A DNA stretch of 41,107 bases, from positions 1 through 41,107 of the IMG/VR virus record IMGVR_UViG_3300045988_126497; one strand, 5' to 3'. Shown piece after piece: positions 13,482-25,000 of this stretch. How positions within the stretch are numbered: position 1 is the stretch's first letter; each line of letters starts with the position of its first letter. The notes under the pieces are model-generated. The model made no database searches. It worked only from the letters and a program-made list of their open reading frames with translations, and was not told where the DNA came from. A program made the position numbers and the translations under genes. Source of the DNA: a virus.

Positions 13482-15584
13482 ATGGCGAGAATTACGACCG
13501 GAGCCGACGAAAAAGTTTTTCGTATCCAAGAATTCCTTGGCCTGAATGAAAACCCGGACGGCGACACCAAACTGAAAATGGGGGAAGCATCGGTCATTCG
13601 GAACTTCAAAGTCACCCGTGACCGGAATTTGCAGAGAAGACCGGGACAGCAGATGGTGAAGGGCTTACTGCAAGCCTATACCTTGCAGGTGGACAACAAC
13701 ACGCAAGAAGTTCGCGTTGATGAACATGTCTCCGGCAAGCTTCGGATGCACCCCACCTGTACCGTGACGACAGACGGCTTCCTGGCAGTCTCCGGGGACG
13801 AGGTCTCTGTGAGCTATGAGAACGCGGAACAGTACGCAGGATACTTTTGGCGATACGACGAGAACTTCACCTATCAGCTTGTTTCCTGCACCTATGACGC
13901 AGAACGGGATGAGTACACCTGGAAGATGAAGCGTTGCCGGGCAGTATCCTCTTCCACAAACCAAAAAGTTGCTGGCCTATGGGCTGGCAACGTGAAGGGG
14001 AAAGAGTACCTGGTCGGCGCTGCCGACGGAAAGCTCTGGAAGCTCCACGACGGGACATGGAAGCGGGAAGCAATTGGTGACCTGGACACCACGGAACCGG
14101 TGTTTTTCTTCGGCTACTCTGAAAAGCTCTATATCATGGCGAAAAACCAGTACAAAGAGTGGGACGGAAAAACACTCCAGGACGTGGACGGGTATCGGCC
14201 TATCGTGACCATTACCGTCGTTCCGAGCGGCGGCGGCACCACTTATGAGCAGGTGAACAAGCTCAACGGGAAGCGGCGCTGTTGGTTCTCCCCGGACGGC
14301 ACTGCCACCACCTTCACCCTGCCGGAGAAGGACTTGAAGTCCGTAGACTGGGTAAAGAACAAGGCGGCAGAGAATGAGCCTGAGATCGAGAAGAGCAAGT
14401 ACACCGTTGACCTGGAAAAGGGGACCGTGACCTTCAGTACAGCCCCGGAGAAGGGGATCAACACCATTGAGATCGCGTGGGAAGTGAAGAAGAACTTCCG
14501 GGACAAGGCGCTTGCCATGAAGTATGCAGAGACCTTCAACGGAGCAAATGACAACCGCGTATTCCTATACGGAGACGGCACGAACGAGGCATATTACTCC
14601 GGCCTGGACAACGACGGAAAACCGAGAGCAGACTACTTTCCGGATATGAACGTTTTGAAAGTCGGGGACGCAAACACCCCTATCACGGCGCTCATTCGGC
14701 ACTACTCCCGGCTGATCGTCTACAAGTCTACGTCTACCTACTCCGTGCAGTACGGCGTGACTACGATGGTGGACAACACCACGGCGGCGACCTTCTACGC
14801 AACGCCCGTGAACCGGGCCATTGGGAACGTGGCACCTGGGCAAGCACAACTGGTGCTGAACTCCCCTAGAACGCTCTTCGGGCATGACTTGTATGAGTGG
14901 AAGAACAGCTCTTCTTACTCTGCCAACATGACCATTGACGAGCGGCAGGCACGGCGTATCTCTGACCGCATCATGGGGACGTTGGCAGGCTTTGACCTGG
15001 AACACTGCCGTTGTTGGGACGACAACGACAACCAAGAGTATTACATCATCAACAAGGATGACAGGGCGCTGGTACACAACTACGCTGCCGACGCCTGGTA
15101 CTGCTACACAGCCTTTGACGTGACGTGCTTTGTAAACTTCCGGGGGAAGCTATATAGCGGAGACAGCAAGGGACGTTTGAATCTCATCGCTTACACCAAC
15201 CGGACGGACAACGGGGAGAAAATCGAAAGCTATTGGGAAAGCGGCGCGGAGAGTTTTTCTCAGGACTTCATGCGGAAGTACAGTGCCATGCTGTGGGTAG
15301 GCATCAAGCCGGAGACCCACGGTGAAGTCTATGTGACCGTTCAGACAGACCGAAAATCGGCTTACACAAACAAGGTCGTGGTCTCGTCCCTGATTTCGTT
15401 TTCCGGGGCGGATTTTCGGAAGTGGAGCTTCAACCCGAACCGAAAGCCGCACATGAAGCGCCTGAAGATCAAGGCGAAGAAGTTCGTGTTTTACAAGCTG
15501 ATTTTCCGAACGGAATCCATCAACACCACCGTGACCATCCTGTCCGCTGACATGCGGGTACGATTCACGGGCTATGCGAGGTGA
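13482..15584 (+). CDS. Large virion/tail structural protein, 700 aa
   Basis: Lies between the capsid module and the fibre gene. No enzymatic motif recognised. Called by synteny. Confidence 0.6.
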   Translation: MARITTGADEKVFRIQEFLGLNENPDGDTKLKMGEASVIRNFKVTRDRNLQRRPGQQMVKGLLQAYTLQVDNNTQEVRVDEHVSGKLRMHPTCTVTTDGFLAVSGDEVSVSYENAEQYAGYFWRYDENFTYQLVSCTYDAERDEYTWKMKRCRAVSSSTNQKVAGLWAGNVKGKEYLVGAADGKLWKLHDGTWKREAIGDLDTTEPVFFFGYSEKLYIMAKNQYKEWDGKTLQDVDGYRPIVTITVVPSGGGTTYEQVNKLNGKRRCWFSPDGTATTFTLPEKDLKSVDWVKNKAAENEPEIEKSKYTVDLEKGTVTFSTAPEKGINTIEIAWEVKKNFRDKALAMKYAETFNGANDNRVFLYGDGTNEAYYSGLDNDGKPRADYFPDMNVLKVGDANTPITALIRHYSRLIVYKSTSTYSVQYGVTTMVDNTTAATFYATPVNRAIGNVAPGQAQLVLNSPRTLFGHDLYEWKNSSSYSANMTIDERQARRISDRIMGTLAGFDLEHCRCWDDNDNQEYYIINKDDRALVHNYAADAWYCYTAFDVTCFVNFRGKLYSGDSKGRLNLIAYTNRTDNGEKIESYWESGAESFSQDFMRKYSAMLWVGIKPETHGEVYVTVQTDRKSAYTNKVVVSSLISFSGADFRKWSFNPNRKPHMKRLKIKAKKFVFYKLIFRTESINTTVTILSADMRVRFTGYAR

Positions 15585-15589
15585 TACCT

Positions 15590-18526
15590 ATGAGCTTAGA
15601 AAAGCTGAACAAAGACTTAAACATCGTCCAGAAGTTGGACGACGAACCCAACGACGTAGGCGGTCTGTCTGCTGCCGAACTGAAGAAGAAGTTCGACGAA
15701 GGGCCTTTGACCATCCAGGAGTATATCAACGTCACCTTGCTCCCCGCTCTGGAAACGCTGGGCGTGGAGACGAGCGTACAACTCCCGGAAGGGGCAGGTT
15801 TCAAGTACATCCGCCTGAACGCAGACCGCGTACTGGAAACCAGCCAGGACGGCGTGACTTGGCAGGCGTCCGGTTCTGCCGGTCACATCATTATGAACCC
15901 CGCCGGAGAGACCCTGCCCCAGCGCGGACGGATGCAGTTTGACAACTGCGAAGTATCAGACGACGGTACCAAGACCATCGTCCACGGCGTGAAGGGCGAT
16001 ACCGGCCCCCAGGGAGAACAGGGTATCCAGGGCGTGAAGGGCGACAAGGGCGACCGAGGAGCCACCGGCCCAAGCATCGTTCCCAGCATCGACACAAACG
16101 GCGTCATGTCCTTCACCATCCAGGACAGCGCCATTGCGCCCCAGGCTGTGTCTGTCCGTGGGCCGCAAGGCCCGCAGGGCGTCCAGGGCGCACAGGGCGC
16201 ACAGGGCGCCAGAGGCCCGCAGGGCATCCAGGGTATCCCAGGTGTCCAGGGTGTGCAGGGAGAACAGGGTGAACAAGGCCCCACCGGCCCCCAGGGACCG
16301 CAGGGGAAAGCGGGGACACAAGGCCCCACCGGTGCCCAAGGTCCTGCTGGTGCCCCCGGTAAGGACGGCACCAGCCTCTACATCGAGGACATTTACAGCA
16401 CCCTTGCCGCGCTGAAAAACGCCATTCCCACCGGCAATGACAAGATGTACATGGTCAAAGCCGACGGTGAGTGCTACATCTGGTCGGAGACACAGGGCGA
16501 CTGGACTTCCGTCGGCAAGCTCCAAGGCCCGACCGGCCCCCAAGGCCCCCAAGGTCCCCAGGGTGTGCAGGGTGAGACCGGCCCGGAGGGCAAACAGGGC
16601 AGGCAAGGCCCCCAAGGCATCCAAGGTGTGCAAGGCCCCCAAGGCGATACCGGCCCGGAAGGACCCCAAGGCCCGGCAGGTGTGAGCGGCCAAAACGGAA
16701 AAAGTGCCTTTACCGCTGCAGTAGAAGCAGGCTACACCGGCACAGAGACCACCTTCAACGCCGCCCTCTCCAAAGTTCCCGGCCATATCGCTGACCAGAA
16801 CAACCCCCACAAAGTCACCGCCGAACAGGTGGGCGCACTGCCGCTGAGTGGCGGGACGATGACGGGGGAAATCAATTACACTGGAACTGGTGACGGGTGG
16901 ATTTTGAAGACCTATGAGGTCACAAACGCTGAAAGCGGCATACATTTTGACAGAGGAATTTATAAGCGGAACACGTATCCAGGTCTTGCTGCAACGACCA
17001 ACGATAATTCGGCTTCTGCATATATGGGGCCGATTTCTACTGAAAGAATCCAAATTATAGTAGGCGACAAAACGGGCAAAAGCGCGCTAGAATTTACCCC
17101 AGGTTCTATCGGAGTAGCAGGTAAAATAAAGGGAATCGTCACCCCCACCTCCGACGACATGCCAACCCCGAAGTCTTATGTAGACAGTGCCATCGCAGCC
17201 AAAGTAGGAGACATCCTCAAACCCACCACCCCACCCCTCATCGGCCTCCCCCCCTCCACCACCCCCGACGGCATGTTTCAGGCTTTGGGAAATACGGGGG
17301 AGTTGCATGTGTGGCGGAAGACGGTGGTGTCTGGCACTGCGAAAGTTGAACTGGAACCTGCTGTTAGTGGTTACATTGTATCCAATAACGGCAGTAACTA
17401 TAACCAAATTGTCAAATATTCCAGCACTATCGACGAAAAAGGCAACTTATCCGGCACGATAACTACACTGACCGTGGCTTATAACACCAGCAACTCTGAT
17501 TTGTTTGTGTTGAAAGGGAAATATTTTGAGGCTAATACAACGGAGATTTCGTCTAATCTGAAATCTCCTGGAGGCGTTTGGTATATCCCTAATGATGCAT
17601 CCATCCAATACATCACAGGCCAACCGAATACCACTGGGTATCCTTATTACTATACCCATGTTGCAACTAAAATGCAGAGGGTGGTGTATGTCCCCGCCGG
17701 AACAACCACCACCTACCCTGTATCCACCAACCCCAATGCGTATCAAGAGGGCGATGATGCGAAAGAGGCGGGGTATACGTTGGGGGAGGTTATAAAATCA
17801 ACTGGCGCATACGGTTTTTTTGGTATGATGGGTTTTGCCTACGGAACATCTTACTTCCAAAAAATATCGGATGCTATCGAGGTCGCTGATGATGGTAGCG
17901 TAAGTCACGTCGCCCCGGTTGACGATATTTCTGGCTCCACTGTCCTTGATAGCGCTTCGGTACTCAAGGAAAGGATTGCCGGGAAATATATAACACTATC
18001 CGAAAACAGCTATACAAAACAACCGTACACCAATGAACTTCCCCCAACCAATGCGGTTTTGTATATTCCGGCTGACGTAAACGTCAAAATGATTCATCCC
18101 GAAGGTTCTTCTTTATCGAATCAGTACGCCTTGTTCTTCGACCGCTACCAACCCGTTACCGGCTACGCCGCTATCCCCGCTGGAACCATCATCGAATACC
18201 TGGGGAAATTGGGGGATAAAAGAATGGTACAGGCTGGTTCTTACGTCGGGACAGGAGGGTACAGCAGTAATAGCCCGAATAAACTGCTGTTTAATTTCGC
18301 TCCTAAACTTGTAATAGTGTCTGCATACGTTGGCAACAAATTCACAACCGTCACATTCGTCTATGATAACTATATGGCAACTTATTCGACGGATGCCAGT
18401 ATGTATTTAAATGAGTTATACGTGAATTGGTTAAAGAATGGCATTTCTTGGTATACCAACGGTTCTACTGCTGAGAGCCAATTAAATCTCTCTGGCAGAA
18501 CTTATAAGTATATCGCCATCGGCTAA
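15590..18526 (+). CDS. Tail fibre/spike protein with collagen-like triple-helix tracts (start moved to MSLEKLN)
   Basis: GAGGTGA lies 5 nt before the ATG at 15590. Three Gly-X-Y tracts. The C-terminal roughly 600 aa are non-repetitive (receptor-binding candidate). Confidence 0.85.
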   Translation: MSLEKLNKDLNIVQKLDDEPNDVGGLSAAELKKKFDEGPLTIQEYINVTLLPALETLGVETSVQLPEGAGFKYIRLNADRVLETSQDGVTWQASGSAGHIIMNPAGETLPQRGRMQFDNCEVSDDGTKTIVHGVKGDTGPQGEQGIQGVKGDKGDRGATGPSIVPSIDTNGVMSFTIQDSAIAPQAVSVRGPQGPQGVQGAQGAQGARGPQGIQGIPGVQGVQGEQGEQGPTGPQGPQGKAGTQGPTGAQGPAGAPGKDGTSLYIEDIYSTLAALKNAIPTGNDKMYMVKADGECYIWSETQGDWTSVGKLQGPTGPQGPQGPQGVQGETGPEGKQGRQGPQGIQGVQGPQGDTGPEGPQGPAGVSGQNGKSAFTAAVEAGYTGTETTFNAALSKVPGHIADQNNPHKVTAEQVGALPLSGGTMTGEINYTGTGDGWILKTYEVTNAESGIHFDRGIYKRNTYPGLAATTNDNSASAYMGPISTERIQIIVGDKTGKSALEFTPGSIGVAGKIKGIVTPTSDDMPTPKSYVDSAIAAKVGDILKPTTPPLIGLPPSTTPDGMFQALGNTGELHVWRKTVVSGTAKVELEPAVSGYIVSNNGSNYNQIVKYSSTIDEKGNLSGTITTLTVAYNTSNSDLFVLKGKYFEANTTEISSNLKSPGGVWYIPNDASIQYITGQPNTTGYPYYYTHVATKMQRVVYVPAGTTTTYPVSTNPNAYQEGDDAKEAGYTLGEVIKSTGAYGFFGMMGFAYGTSYFQKISDAIEVADDGSVSHVAPVDDISGSTVLDSASVLKERIAGKYITLSENSYTKQPYTNELPPTNAVLYIPADVNVKMIHPEGSSLSNQYALFFDRYQPVTGYAAIPAGTIIEYLGKLGDKRMVQAGSYVGTGGYSSNSPNKLLFNFAPKLVIVSAYVGNKFTTVTFVYDNYMATYSTDASMYLNELYVNWLKNGISWYTNGSTAESQLNLSGRTYKYIAIG
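15986..16699 (+). repeat. Collagen-like GXY coding repeats (three tracts: 15986-16072, 16160-16369, 16526-16699)
   Basis: [29 protein letters not shown]; [28 protein letters not shown]...GAPGKDG; [25 protein letters not shown]...GVSGQNGK. Confidence 0.9.
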
Positions 18527-18539
18527 GGAGGTACCAACC

Positions 18540-18884
18540 ATGTACTACATCAACCCAACAGGCCAAAACCACGGCAACCCTATGGGCCAACCCTTCCCCA
18601 ACTCCGTCTCCCTCCCCGATACCCTGCTGATGGACTACATCAACACCAAGGGATTCTGCACCCTCACCATCGTCGACGGCGCTGTGACGGCGCTGGTGGT
18701 GGATCAGGAGGCGCTGGACGCCTACAACGCAGAGCACCCGGATGTGGAGCCGGAGCAGCCTGTGACTGTGGAGGATTTGCAGGCGGAGAACAAGCGCTTG
18801 AAAGCGCAGATGGAATTGCAGTCCCAGAAGCACACCATGCTGGAAGACTGCCTGCTTGAAATGGCTGATATCGTCTATGCGTGA
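18540..18884 (+). CDS. Fibre-associated hypothetical protein, 114 aa
   Basis: AAGGAGG SD. C-terminal coiled-coil ending ...LEDCLLEMADIVYA. Immediately follows the fibre gene. Confidence 0.6.
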   Translation: MYYINPTGQNHGNPMGQPFPNSVSLPDTLLMDYINTKGFCTLTIVDGAVTALVVDQEALDAYNAEHPDVEPEQPVTVEDLQAENKRLKAQMELQSQKHTMLEDCLLEMADIVYA

Positions 18885-18927
18885 GAATCTTGCGCTATGG
18901 CTTATCAAAATCTTACTGAAAGGAGAC

Positions 18928-19113
18928 ATGGAAATGATGGCAATGCTGTATGCAAGCAAAATTTGCATGGAGGCCACCAACCCCAAGACCGGCAAGGCCT
19001 GGGTGTTTGACGATGTGCCTGCCAAGCTCAAGGCCCAGGTTGCAGCCGTCCTCATCGACCAGTGCGGCCTGCCTGAGCTGGTTCCCACTGAGTTCGGCGG
19101 CACCGCAGAGTAA
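18928..19113 (+). CDS. Small conserved phage protein (about 60 aa; start among the ATGs at 18928-18943)
   Basis: AGGAG upstream. MLYASKICMEATNPKTGKAWVFDDVPAKLKAQVAAVLIDQCGLPELV resembles small proteins commonly found after tail-fibre genes in Firmicutes phages. Confidence 0.55.
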   Translation: MEMMAMLYASKICMEATNPKTGKAWVFDDVPAKLKAQVAAVLIDQCGLPELVPTEFGGTAE

Positions 19114-19120
19114 GCATAAC

Positions 19121-19143
19121 GGCCCCCGCACTTTGCGGGGGCC
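19121..19143 (+). terminator. GC hairpin (terminator-like, no T-tract)
   Basis: GGCCCCCGCA-CTT-TGCGGGGGCC. Confidence 0.5.
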
Positions 19144-19186
19144 AACACTCTGCAAGAAATGTCGAGAAAATACGCACAGTAAAGAC

Positions 19187-19215
19187 TTGTATACTTTTCG
19201 TATATGGTGTATACT
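19187..19215 (+). promoter_or_regulatory. Candidate sigma70-type promoter for the 19287-28732 gene block
   Basis: TTGTAT-17 nt-TATACT in a 170-bp gap. Confidence 0.5.
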
Positions 19216-19286
19216 GTGAGTAATGGCAGACCTGGGTTGACGCGCGGACTTGGGCGAGCTAAATAAACTGCGAAGGAGACAATAAC

Positions 19287-19799
19287 ATGGAACGCGAATA
19301 TGCTTCTAAAGGTGTGGCTGGTTCCGGCTTAGGCCTTGGCATCGCTGGCACTGCTCTGGGCCTGCTCAATGGCGGCTGGGGCGTGGCACGTGCTGCCGCC
19401 GGCAACGGCAACTGCACTTGCAGCGAGAACACCGCTGTCAACCGCTATGAGCTGAACCTGACCCAGGAGATTGGAGCGAAGGACGCCGAAATCTCCCTGC
19501 TCAAGGCAAACGCCTACATTGACCAAAAGATGGTTGATGTTTACACCACTCTTGACCGGCGTGACCGTGAGTTGCGCGACCTGATCGGCAAGAACAAGGA
19601 CGAGCAGTACGCCATCAACATGAACCAGGCAGTTCTGAACGGCACCACCGGCGCAACCATTTCCTGCTTGCAGGCGCAGGTTGCCCAGCTCCAGGGCTTG
19701 ACCAAGCTGGTGATCCCGGCTACCAGTGTCTGTCCTGAGCCGATGCCTGCAAAGAATTCCTGGACTGCTCCCACTGCGGCGGCAGCTGCTGGCGCGTAA
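19287..19799 (+). CDS. Hypothetical virion protein with N-terminal glycine-zipper hydrophobic segment, 170 aa
   Basis: AAGGAG SD. GVAGSGLGLGIAGTALGLLNGGWG, followed by a coiled-coil. Confidence 0.6.
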   Translation: MEREYASKGVAGSGLGLGIAGTALGLLNGGWGVARAAAGNGNCTCSENTAVNRYELNLTQEIGAKDAEISLLKANAYIDQKMVDVYTTLDRRDRELRDLIGKNKDEQYAINMNQAVLNGTTGATISCLQAQVAQLQGLTKLVIPATSVCPEPMPAKNSWTAPTAAAAAGA

Positions 19800-19810
19800 C
19801 AACGACTATG

Positions 19811-19840
19811 GGGGGGCAATCGCCCCCCTTTCTCTTTTCT
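19811..19840 (+). terminator. Rho-independent terminator
   Basis: GGGGGGC-AATC-GCCCCCC followed by TTTCTCTTTTCT. Confidence 0.7.
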
Positions 19841-19853
19841 GTGAGGTACTGAC

Positions 19854-20168
19854 ATGGAATCTATCGAGAAAGTAAAGCGCGGTGTAGCGGCGTTCGTAGA
19901 CCGGGAACTGGTTCCTACCCTTCCTAAATGGCAAGGCATTTTATTCGGTGCCGGTGCCGCTCTGTTCCTGGAAGGGAAGAGCGGGGCAATGCTCAAGCAC
20001 CCCTTGGGCGCTATGCTCTGCCTGGTGGACGGGGAACAGGTGGACGTGGACAAAGCGTACACCGCCGTCAAGAACCAAGCGCAGGGCAAGTGGCCGGTCA
20101 GCATCGCTGGTTTCAAGTGTTCTGAGGAAGACCTGGACAAGCTGTACCGCTATATCAAGGAGGCTTAG
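19854..20168 (+). CDS. Hypothetical protein, 104 aa
   Basis: GTGAGGT SD. Clean ORF. No family recognised. Confidence 0.6.
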   Translation: MESIEKVKRGVAAFVDRELVPTLPKWQGILFGAGAALFLEGKSGAMLKHPLGAMLCLVDGEQVDVDKAYTAVKNQAQGKWPVSIAGFKCSEEDLDKLYRYIKEA

Positions 20169-20170
20169 AC

Positions 20171-20488
20171 ATGGAACATCTGGAACACTTAACTAAAATC
20201 ATGGCAAAGTATGACGCGGCTCTGGACGAAGTCTCGGACGCGCAGAAGTATGCCAAGGAAGCGATCTACGCCAAGAACGGGGAAGCGAAAGACCTTTACC
20301 TGTCCATGGCAAAGCAGGAGCTTTCCCACGCAAAGAACCTGTGCCGCATCGCTGACATCATCCTGGACACCGACGACGCAGAACACGTGCGAGGAACCAG
20401 AACGGTGTGGGACGAGATGAAAGCACACATCGACGCATGGAGCATGGAGGTTCGAGAAAAAATCGACCGCGTGGAACGAAACAGATGA
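20171..20488 (+). CDS. Hypothetical helical protein, 105 aa
   Basis: AAGGAGG SD. Clean ORF. Confidence 0.6.
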   Translation: MEHLEHLTKIMAKYDAALDEVSDAQKYAKEAIYAKNGEAKDLYLSMAKQELSHAKNLCRIADIILDTDDAEHVRGTRTVWDEMKAHIDAWSMEVREKIDRVERNR

Positions 20489-20494
20489 ACGCAA

Positions 20495-20524
20495 AGGCCC
20501 CCGCCCAAAGCCGGACGGGGGCCT
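20495..20524 (+). terminator. GC hairpin (terminator-like, no T-tract)
   Basis: AGGCCCCCG-N12-CGGGGGCCT. Confidence 0.45.
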
Positions 20525-20557
20525 ACTTGAACACAGGAAAGAGAAAGGGGAACGAGT

Positions 20558-22003
20558 ATGGCACTTCCTACAAACTCCATTAAAAACGCACTCGGTTCCG
20601 TTGCTAACGCAGTAACAAAAGCGGCTTCGGACAAAGCAAGCTCCATTAAAAATGCGGCAAGCTCTATGGGTTCCGGTGGTTCTTCTGGCGGAAGCTCTGG
20701 CGGTTCCTCCGGTGGCGGCAGTTCTTCCGGCGGAAATCGGGTCGTCAACGTGGGACAGAACGGCAACGCCCCTGCCGGGACGCGGGTCGGCGACACCGTC
20801 CACACGGCAGGCGGTGATTACATAGTGGTCGCTCCCGGTACTACCGGGGCCACTTACAACCCGTCAAGCGGCTTGTGGTCTACGAAAATCAACAGCGGGA
20901 ACGCAGGTGGAAGCAAGACCTGGAACGTCGGCGCAGATGGGAACGCACCCGCTGGGACAAAGATCGGGGATACTGTTGTCACTGCTGGCGGCAACTATAA
21001 GGTCGTTCGCCCCGGCACGGCTGGGGCAACCTATAACCCGGCAACGGGCCTTTGGTCTCTGCGTATCAGCACCGGCCCTTACGGCTCCTATAACTCCATT
21101 GGCAGCTACCACGATGCCAATGTCTCTGCCGAAGACGCGCAGAAGATCAAATCTCTGCAAGAGCTATACTCTTACTACCAGGCGATCGGCGACAAGCAGA
21201 AGATGGACGAGACGCATACAAGGGCAGAGGAACTGAGAAAGCCGTATGGCTACTCCGGCGGCAACGACGGCTCCCAGTATCTTCCCTTGAAGCAGGAAGA
21301 GGACACACTGAACAAGATCGGCCTACCCACTTATCAGCCCCAGGTGGACTATGTAAACAACCTTTACGAAGCGCAGAAAGACAAAGCTCTTGCCGCTCTG
21401 CAATCCTCCTACGATAAAAGCCGCATGGAGCTGGAAAACGCGATGAAAGAGATTCCCGGCACCTACCAGGCGCAGGCGAACCAAATCGCGGCAGAGGCAC
21501 TGAAACAGCAGCAGAACTTCAACGAGAGCGCGGCCTACACCGGCATGAACGCAGGGAATGGCTCCCAGGCTGCACTTGCCATGGGGAACCAGCTCCAGAG
21601 CAACATGAGTACCCTGCGCACGAACGAAGCCAACGCCCTGACCAAAGTTCAGCAGCAGCTTTCCAGCCTGTACGTAGAATATCAGAACAGCATTGCAGAG
21701 GCCATTGCGAACAACGAGTATGAGAGAGCTGCCGCCCTGCTTCAGGAATACCAGAAAGCCGCTGAGAGCTTAGTGAGCGTGGCAAAAGACCAGGCCAACC
21801 TGAACGTGGACATTGCAGGCTTCAACAAGGACACCCACCAGTACAACCAGGAAATGACCCTGCAAAAGGCACAGGACATGGCAAAGTACGGAGACTTTTC
21901 CGGGTATCTGAAACTTGGATTCAGCTCTGACCAGATCAACAACATGCGCCGCGGCTGGTTGGCTTTGAATCCCAACGCGGCACTTTACATGCAGTATCAC
22001 TAA
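20558..22003 (+). CDS. Virion-associated protein with Gly/Ser linker and two tandem roughly 55-aa repeats, 481 aa
   Basis: GSGGSSGGSSGGSSGGGSSSGG. NVGQNGNAPAGTRVGDTVHTAGGDYIVVAPGTTGATYNPSSGLWS is repeated as NVGADGNAPAGTKIGDTVVTAGGNYKVVRPGTAGATYNPATGLWS. Confidence 0.7.
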   Translation: MALPTNSIKNALGSVANAVTKAASDKASSIKNAASSMGSGGSSGGSSGGSSGGGSSSGGNRVVNVGQNGNAPAGTRVGDTVHTAGGDYIVVAPGTTGATYNPSSGLWSTKINSGNAGGSKTWNVGADGNAPAGTKIGDTVVTAGGNYKVVRPGTAGATYNPATGLWSLRISTGPYGSYNSIGSYHDANVSAEDAQKIKSLQELYSYYQAIGDKQKMDETHTRAEELRKPYGYSGGNDGSQYLPLKQEEDTLNKIGLPTYQPQVDYVNNLYEAQKDKALAALQSSYDKSRMELENAMKEIPGTYQAQANQIAAEALKQQQNFNESAAYTGMNAGNGSQAALAMGNQLQSNMSTLRTNEANALTKVQQQLSSLYVEYQNSIAEAIANNEYERAAALLQEYQKAAESLVSVAKDQANLNVDIAGFNKDTHQYNQEMTLQKAQDMAKYGDFSGYLKLGFSSDQINNMRRGWLALNPNAALYMQYH

Positions 22004-22018
22004 GAAGGGGGCTTATCT

Positions 22019-25000
22019 GTGGCGAAGAGAAAAGACAGAACAAGGGATGGGCAGAAGCTAGGTCCAGCCTATCACATTAAGTCGAACCCTTCTCAGACTG
22101 TGTCTTTGAGAAATGAAAATTTCGGCATGATGGCCCGGAAGGACAAGAAGGCCGACAAGAACACGCCTCTTTCTACCCCGATGGACCACCTTCGGAAGGA
22201 AACCACTACCTATACGCAGATGTATTCTGGGAAGGGGAAGAACAAGACAAAAACCGTGCAATCCTCTTGGAATCGCAATGGTGGTAAATCCGGGAATAAG
22301 GGGAGCAAATCCGGAAAATCCGGGAACCAGCCCAAACCCATGAACCGGGATGCGCGAATCATGTCCGCCACACTCAGCGACAGCCACAAACGGCCTGCTA
22401 TCATGGCAACAGATCAGGCCAAGAGGGAATTGGAAGCCGACAATGACCGTAACAATTCCCCCATGGGAGCGCTTCGCCGTCGCGCACGAAAGGCACAGAC
22501 CGGTCAAGCTGACAACTATTCCAGAGAGGACGCAGACAAGCGTTTGTTTTCTGAGACGCTTTCCAGCGCACGGAAAGCAGAGAAGAACTACAAGAAAGCC
22601 TTTGAAGAGAACCGCTATACCGGAGGTTCTAAAACTCTGCTTTCTGGTGCTGACACAAAGAACCTCTCTGAGGAAGAACAGAACAACGTGCAAGTCTGGA
22701 AGGATGCCTGGGACAAAGGGCAACGCCTGATCGACCAAGGATACACCCAGAAAGGCAAACAGATGCAGGCGGAAGCCCACGCGCAGGCGGAACGTATCCG
22801 CATGACTGAGGGCTATTCCGGCGGTGAAAGCGGCTCTGACTTCACCACGCCAGAAATAAGGCAAGATGAATATGCAGGTATGTCCGACAGTGGACGCAAA
22901 AATCTGCGAGTTGCCAAATCACTCTATGAATTCGGGCAGAAAACCGGAGACGAAGAGCTGATGAAGCAAGCCGCCCAGATGGGCCAACAAGTGCGCTTGG
23001 AACCAAGTAGCTATGACTATAAACGGTCAGAAGCGTACCACAAATTCGCAGAAGACAGGCCCGTAACAAACCCAAACACGGACGCCTACGGACGCCCGAT
23101 CTACACTCCCAACGAATTGGAACAAGAGCAGAACAAGAAGTGGGGAACCGCTGTCGGGCAGGGCTTGAAGGGCGGTTTCTTGACCCTGCTGGAAACAGCA
23201 CGAAAATCCACCCAGAACGCCATTAAGAACCGCTATGACCCGGAATACCAGTCCAAGAAATACACCGCTGAATACCTTCAGCATGAGGCAAACAAGGAAC
23301 AGGATGAACGAGAGAAAATCCGTCTGAACGCAAAGGCAGCCAAGATGCGGGGCGAGGCCAACGATGCCAAAGCGAAAGAGAACATCGGTACAGACACTCC
23401 CGGTATGCAGGCCCTTCGTGCAAGCTCTGAGGCAACCGAAGACCTGGTGAACAACGCCAAGACCGGGGGCGGAAAGTTGCTGACCAAGGCCGGTATCTCC
23501 ATGCTGCAAATGGCTCCCTTCCTGGCCGCTAACATCATTCCGGGCGCAGGCCAAGCGATCTCCTTGGGCGGCATGGGCGCTCTGGCCGCCGGTCAAAAGG
23601 CCGGTGAACTGCAGCAGGACAACAGGGTATCCGCACAGGAAGCATTTGCCCGTGGCCTTGTTTCCGGTGGCATTGAAGCATTTACCGAGAAAATCCCCAT
23701 GGACAGCTTACTCAAGTTGGTCAAGGGGGGCGGCGGCACTAACTTTATCAAGGCGGTAGCAAAGCAGGCAGGTATCGAAGCAACAGAGGAATCCGCTTCT
23801 TACACCATGAACTGGCTGGCAGACAAAGCAGCCAGAGACCCAAAGGCGAAGTTCAGCCTTTCCGACTTGGCTGAAAACGCCGCCATTGGCGCGATCTCCG
23901 GCGGCGTATTCGGTGCAGGTGGACATGTGATCGGCAGCGCCATTGGCGCAGGAAGAACGCCCTACAACAGCCCTTCTCCCACTGAGGACACCACACCCAC
24001 CCCAACGGTTGAAGAGGCTCCCAGACCCATTCAAGAGCAGCCAACGCAAGAATCTGCGAACCCGCTGATTCGCGCTTCTCAGGCGCAGGAACAGAAGCCG
24101 ACCGTAAAAGAACAAGTTGCAGAAAAAAGGTGGCAGCGCAAACGGCTTTTGGAACTCAACGAACAAGAGCAGGAATTGAACGAACGTTTCAAAAGCGCAA
24201 ACAAACGCGCATTTTCTGCAAAAACAGACGCAGAAATGCAAGAAGCTATCAATGAGCAAAATGAGATCACTGCGGAAAGAGCAAGAATCTCAAACGAGCG
24301 CGAAGAACTGGAAGCGCGTTTGAACGTTCCCTTCCACCCCGACCTGCAAACAAGGACGCAAGAGGCGGAACCCGTGCAGGAACCTACACGGAGCGCAAAA
24401 GAGCGATTGGAAGCCGCGCAACAAGCTTATCGGCAACGAATTCAGGAACAGGCGCAGGCCAACCAGGACACCGGAGCACAGATGCAGAGTGCAAGAGAGA
24501 ACCTTGCACAAGCAAGACAAGCTCTTGCACAAAGAGAAGCGGCTTGGCAGGAACGCGCTGCAAACGCGACAGAGGAAGAAGTCCCCGACTTACTTCGAGA
24601 ACAAGAAAATCTCTTGCAGGAAGAGCGGCGGATTCAGGCACAGGAAGCGCAGGCAGAACGCGAAGACGCCGGTCAGCTTTCCAGAAACTTCGGAGAAGAG
24701 GCAGCGCACATTGACCAGAGAACTGCCGGAGACGTTTCCAAGCCTAGTGTGAAAGCATTTCAGTGGGACTATCCTCAGATGCACCAGTATTATGCGCAGG
24801 CGGCAGAAGCTCTGTTGCAGGACGTGGAATACTCGAAAGCTGGACAGTTCAGCGAGAAGGGCAGAGGCACCGTTGTTACGAAGTCCGAAGCCATGATGCA
24901 GGCGGAACGCATGGGCATCTCTCGCGCAGACCTGGAAAAGGCCCTGATCGCCATTATCAACGACCAAGGCCAAGAGAACTATGCCACCGCGAAGAAGGTC

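Noticed and set aside
15883-17053. Long minus-strand and alternative-frame ORFs (365 aa, 162 aa, and the 93/82-aa plus-strand ones) over the collagen-like region
   Set aside because: These are artefacts of the GXY-coding repeats, which lack stops in several frames. The translations are Pro/Arg/Ala/Gly low-complexity, with no SDs.
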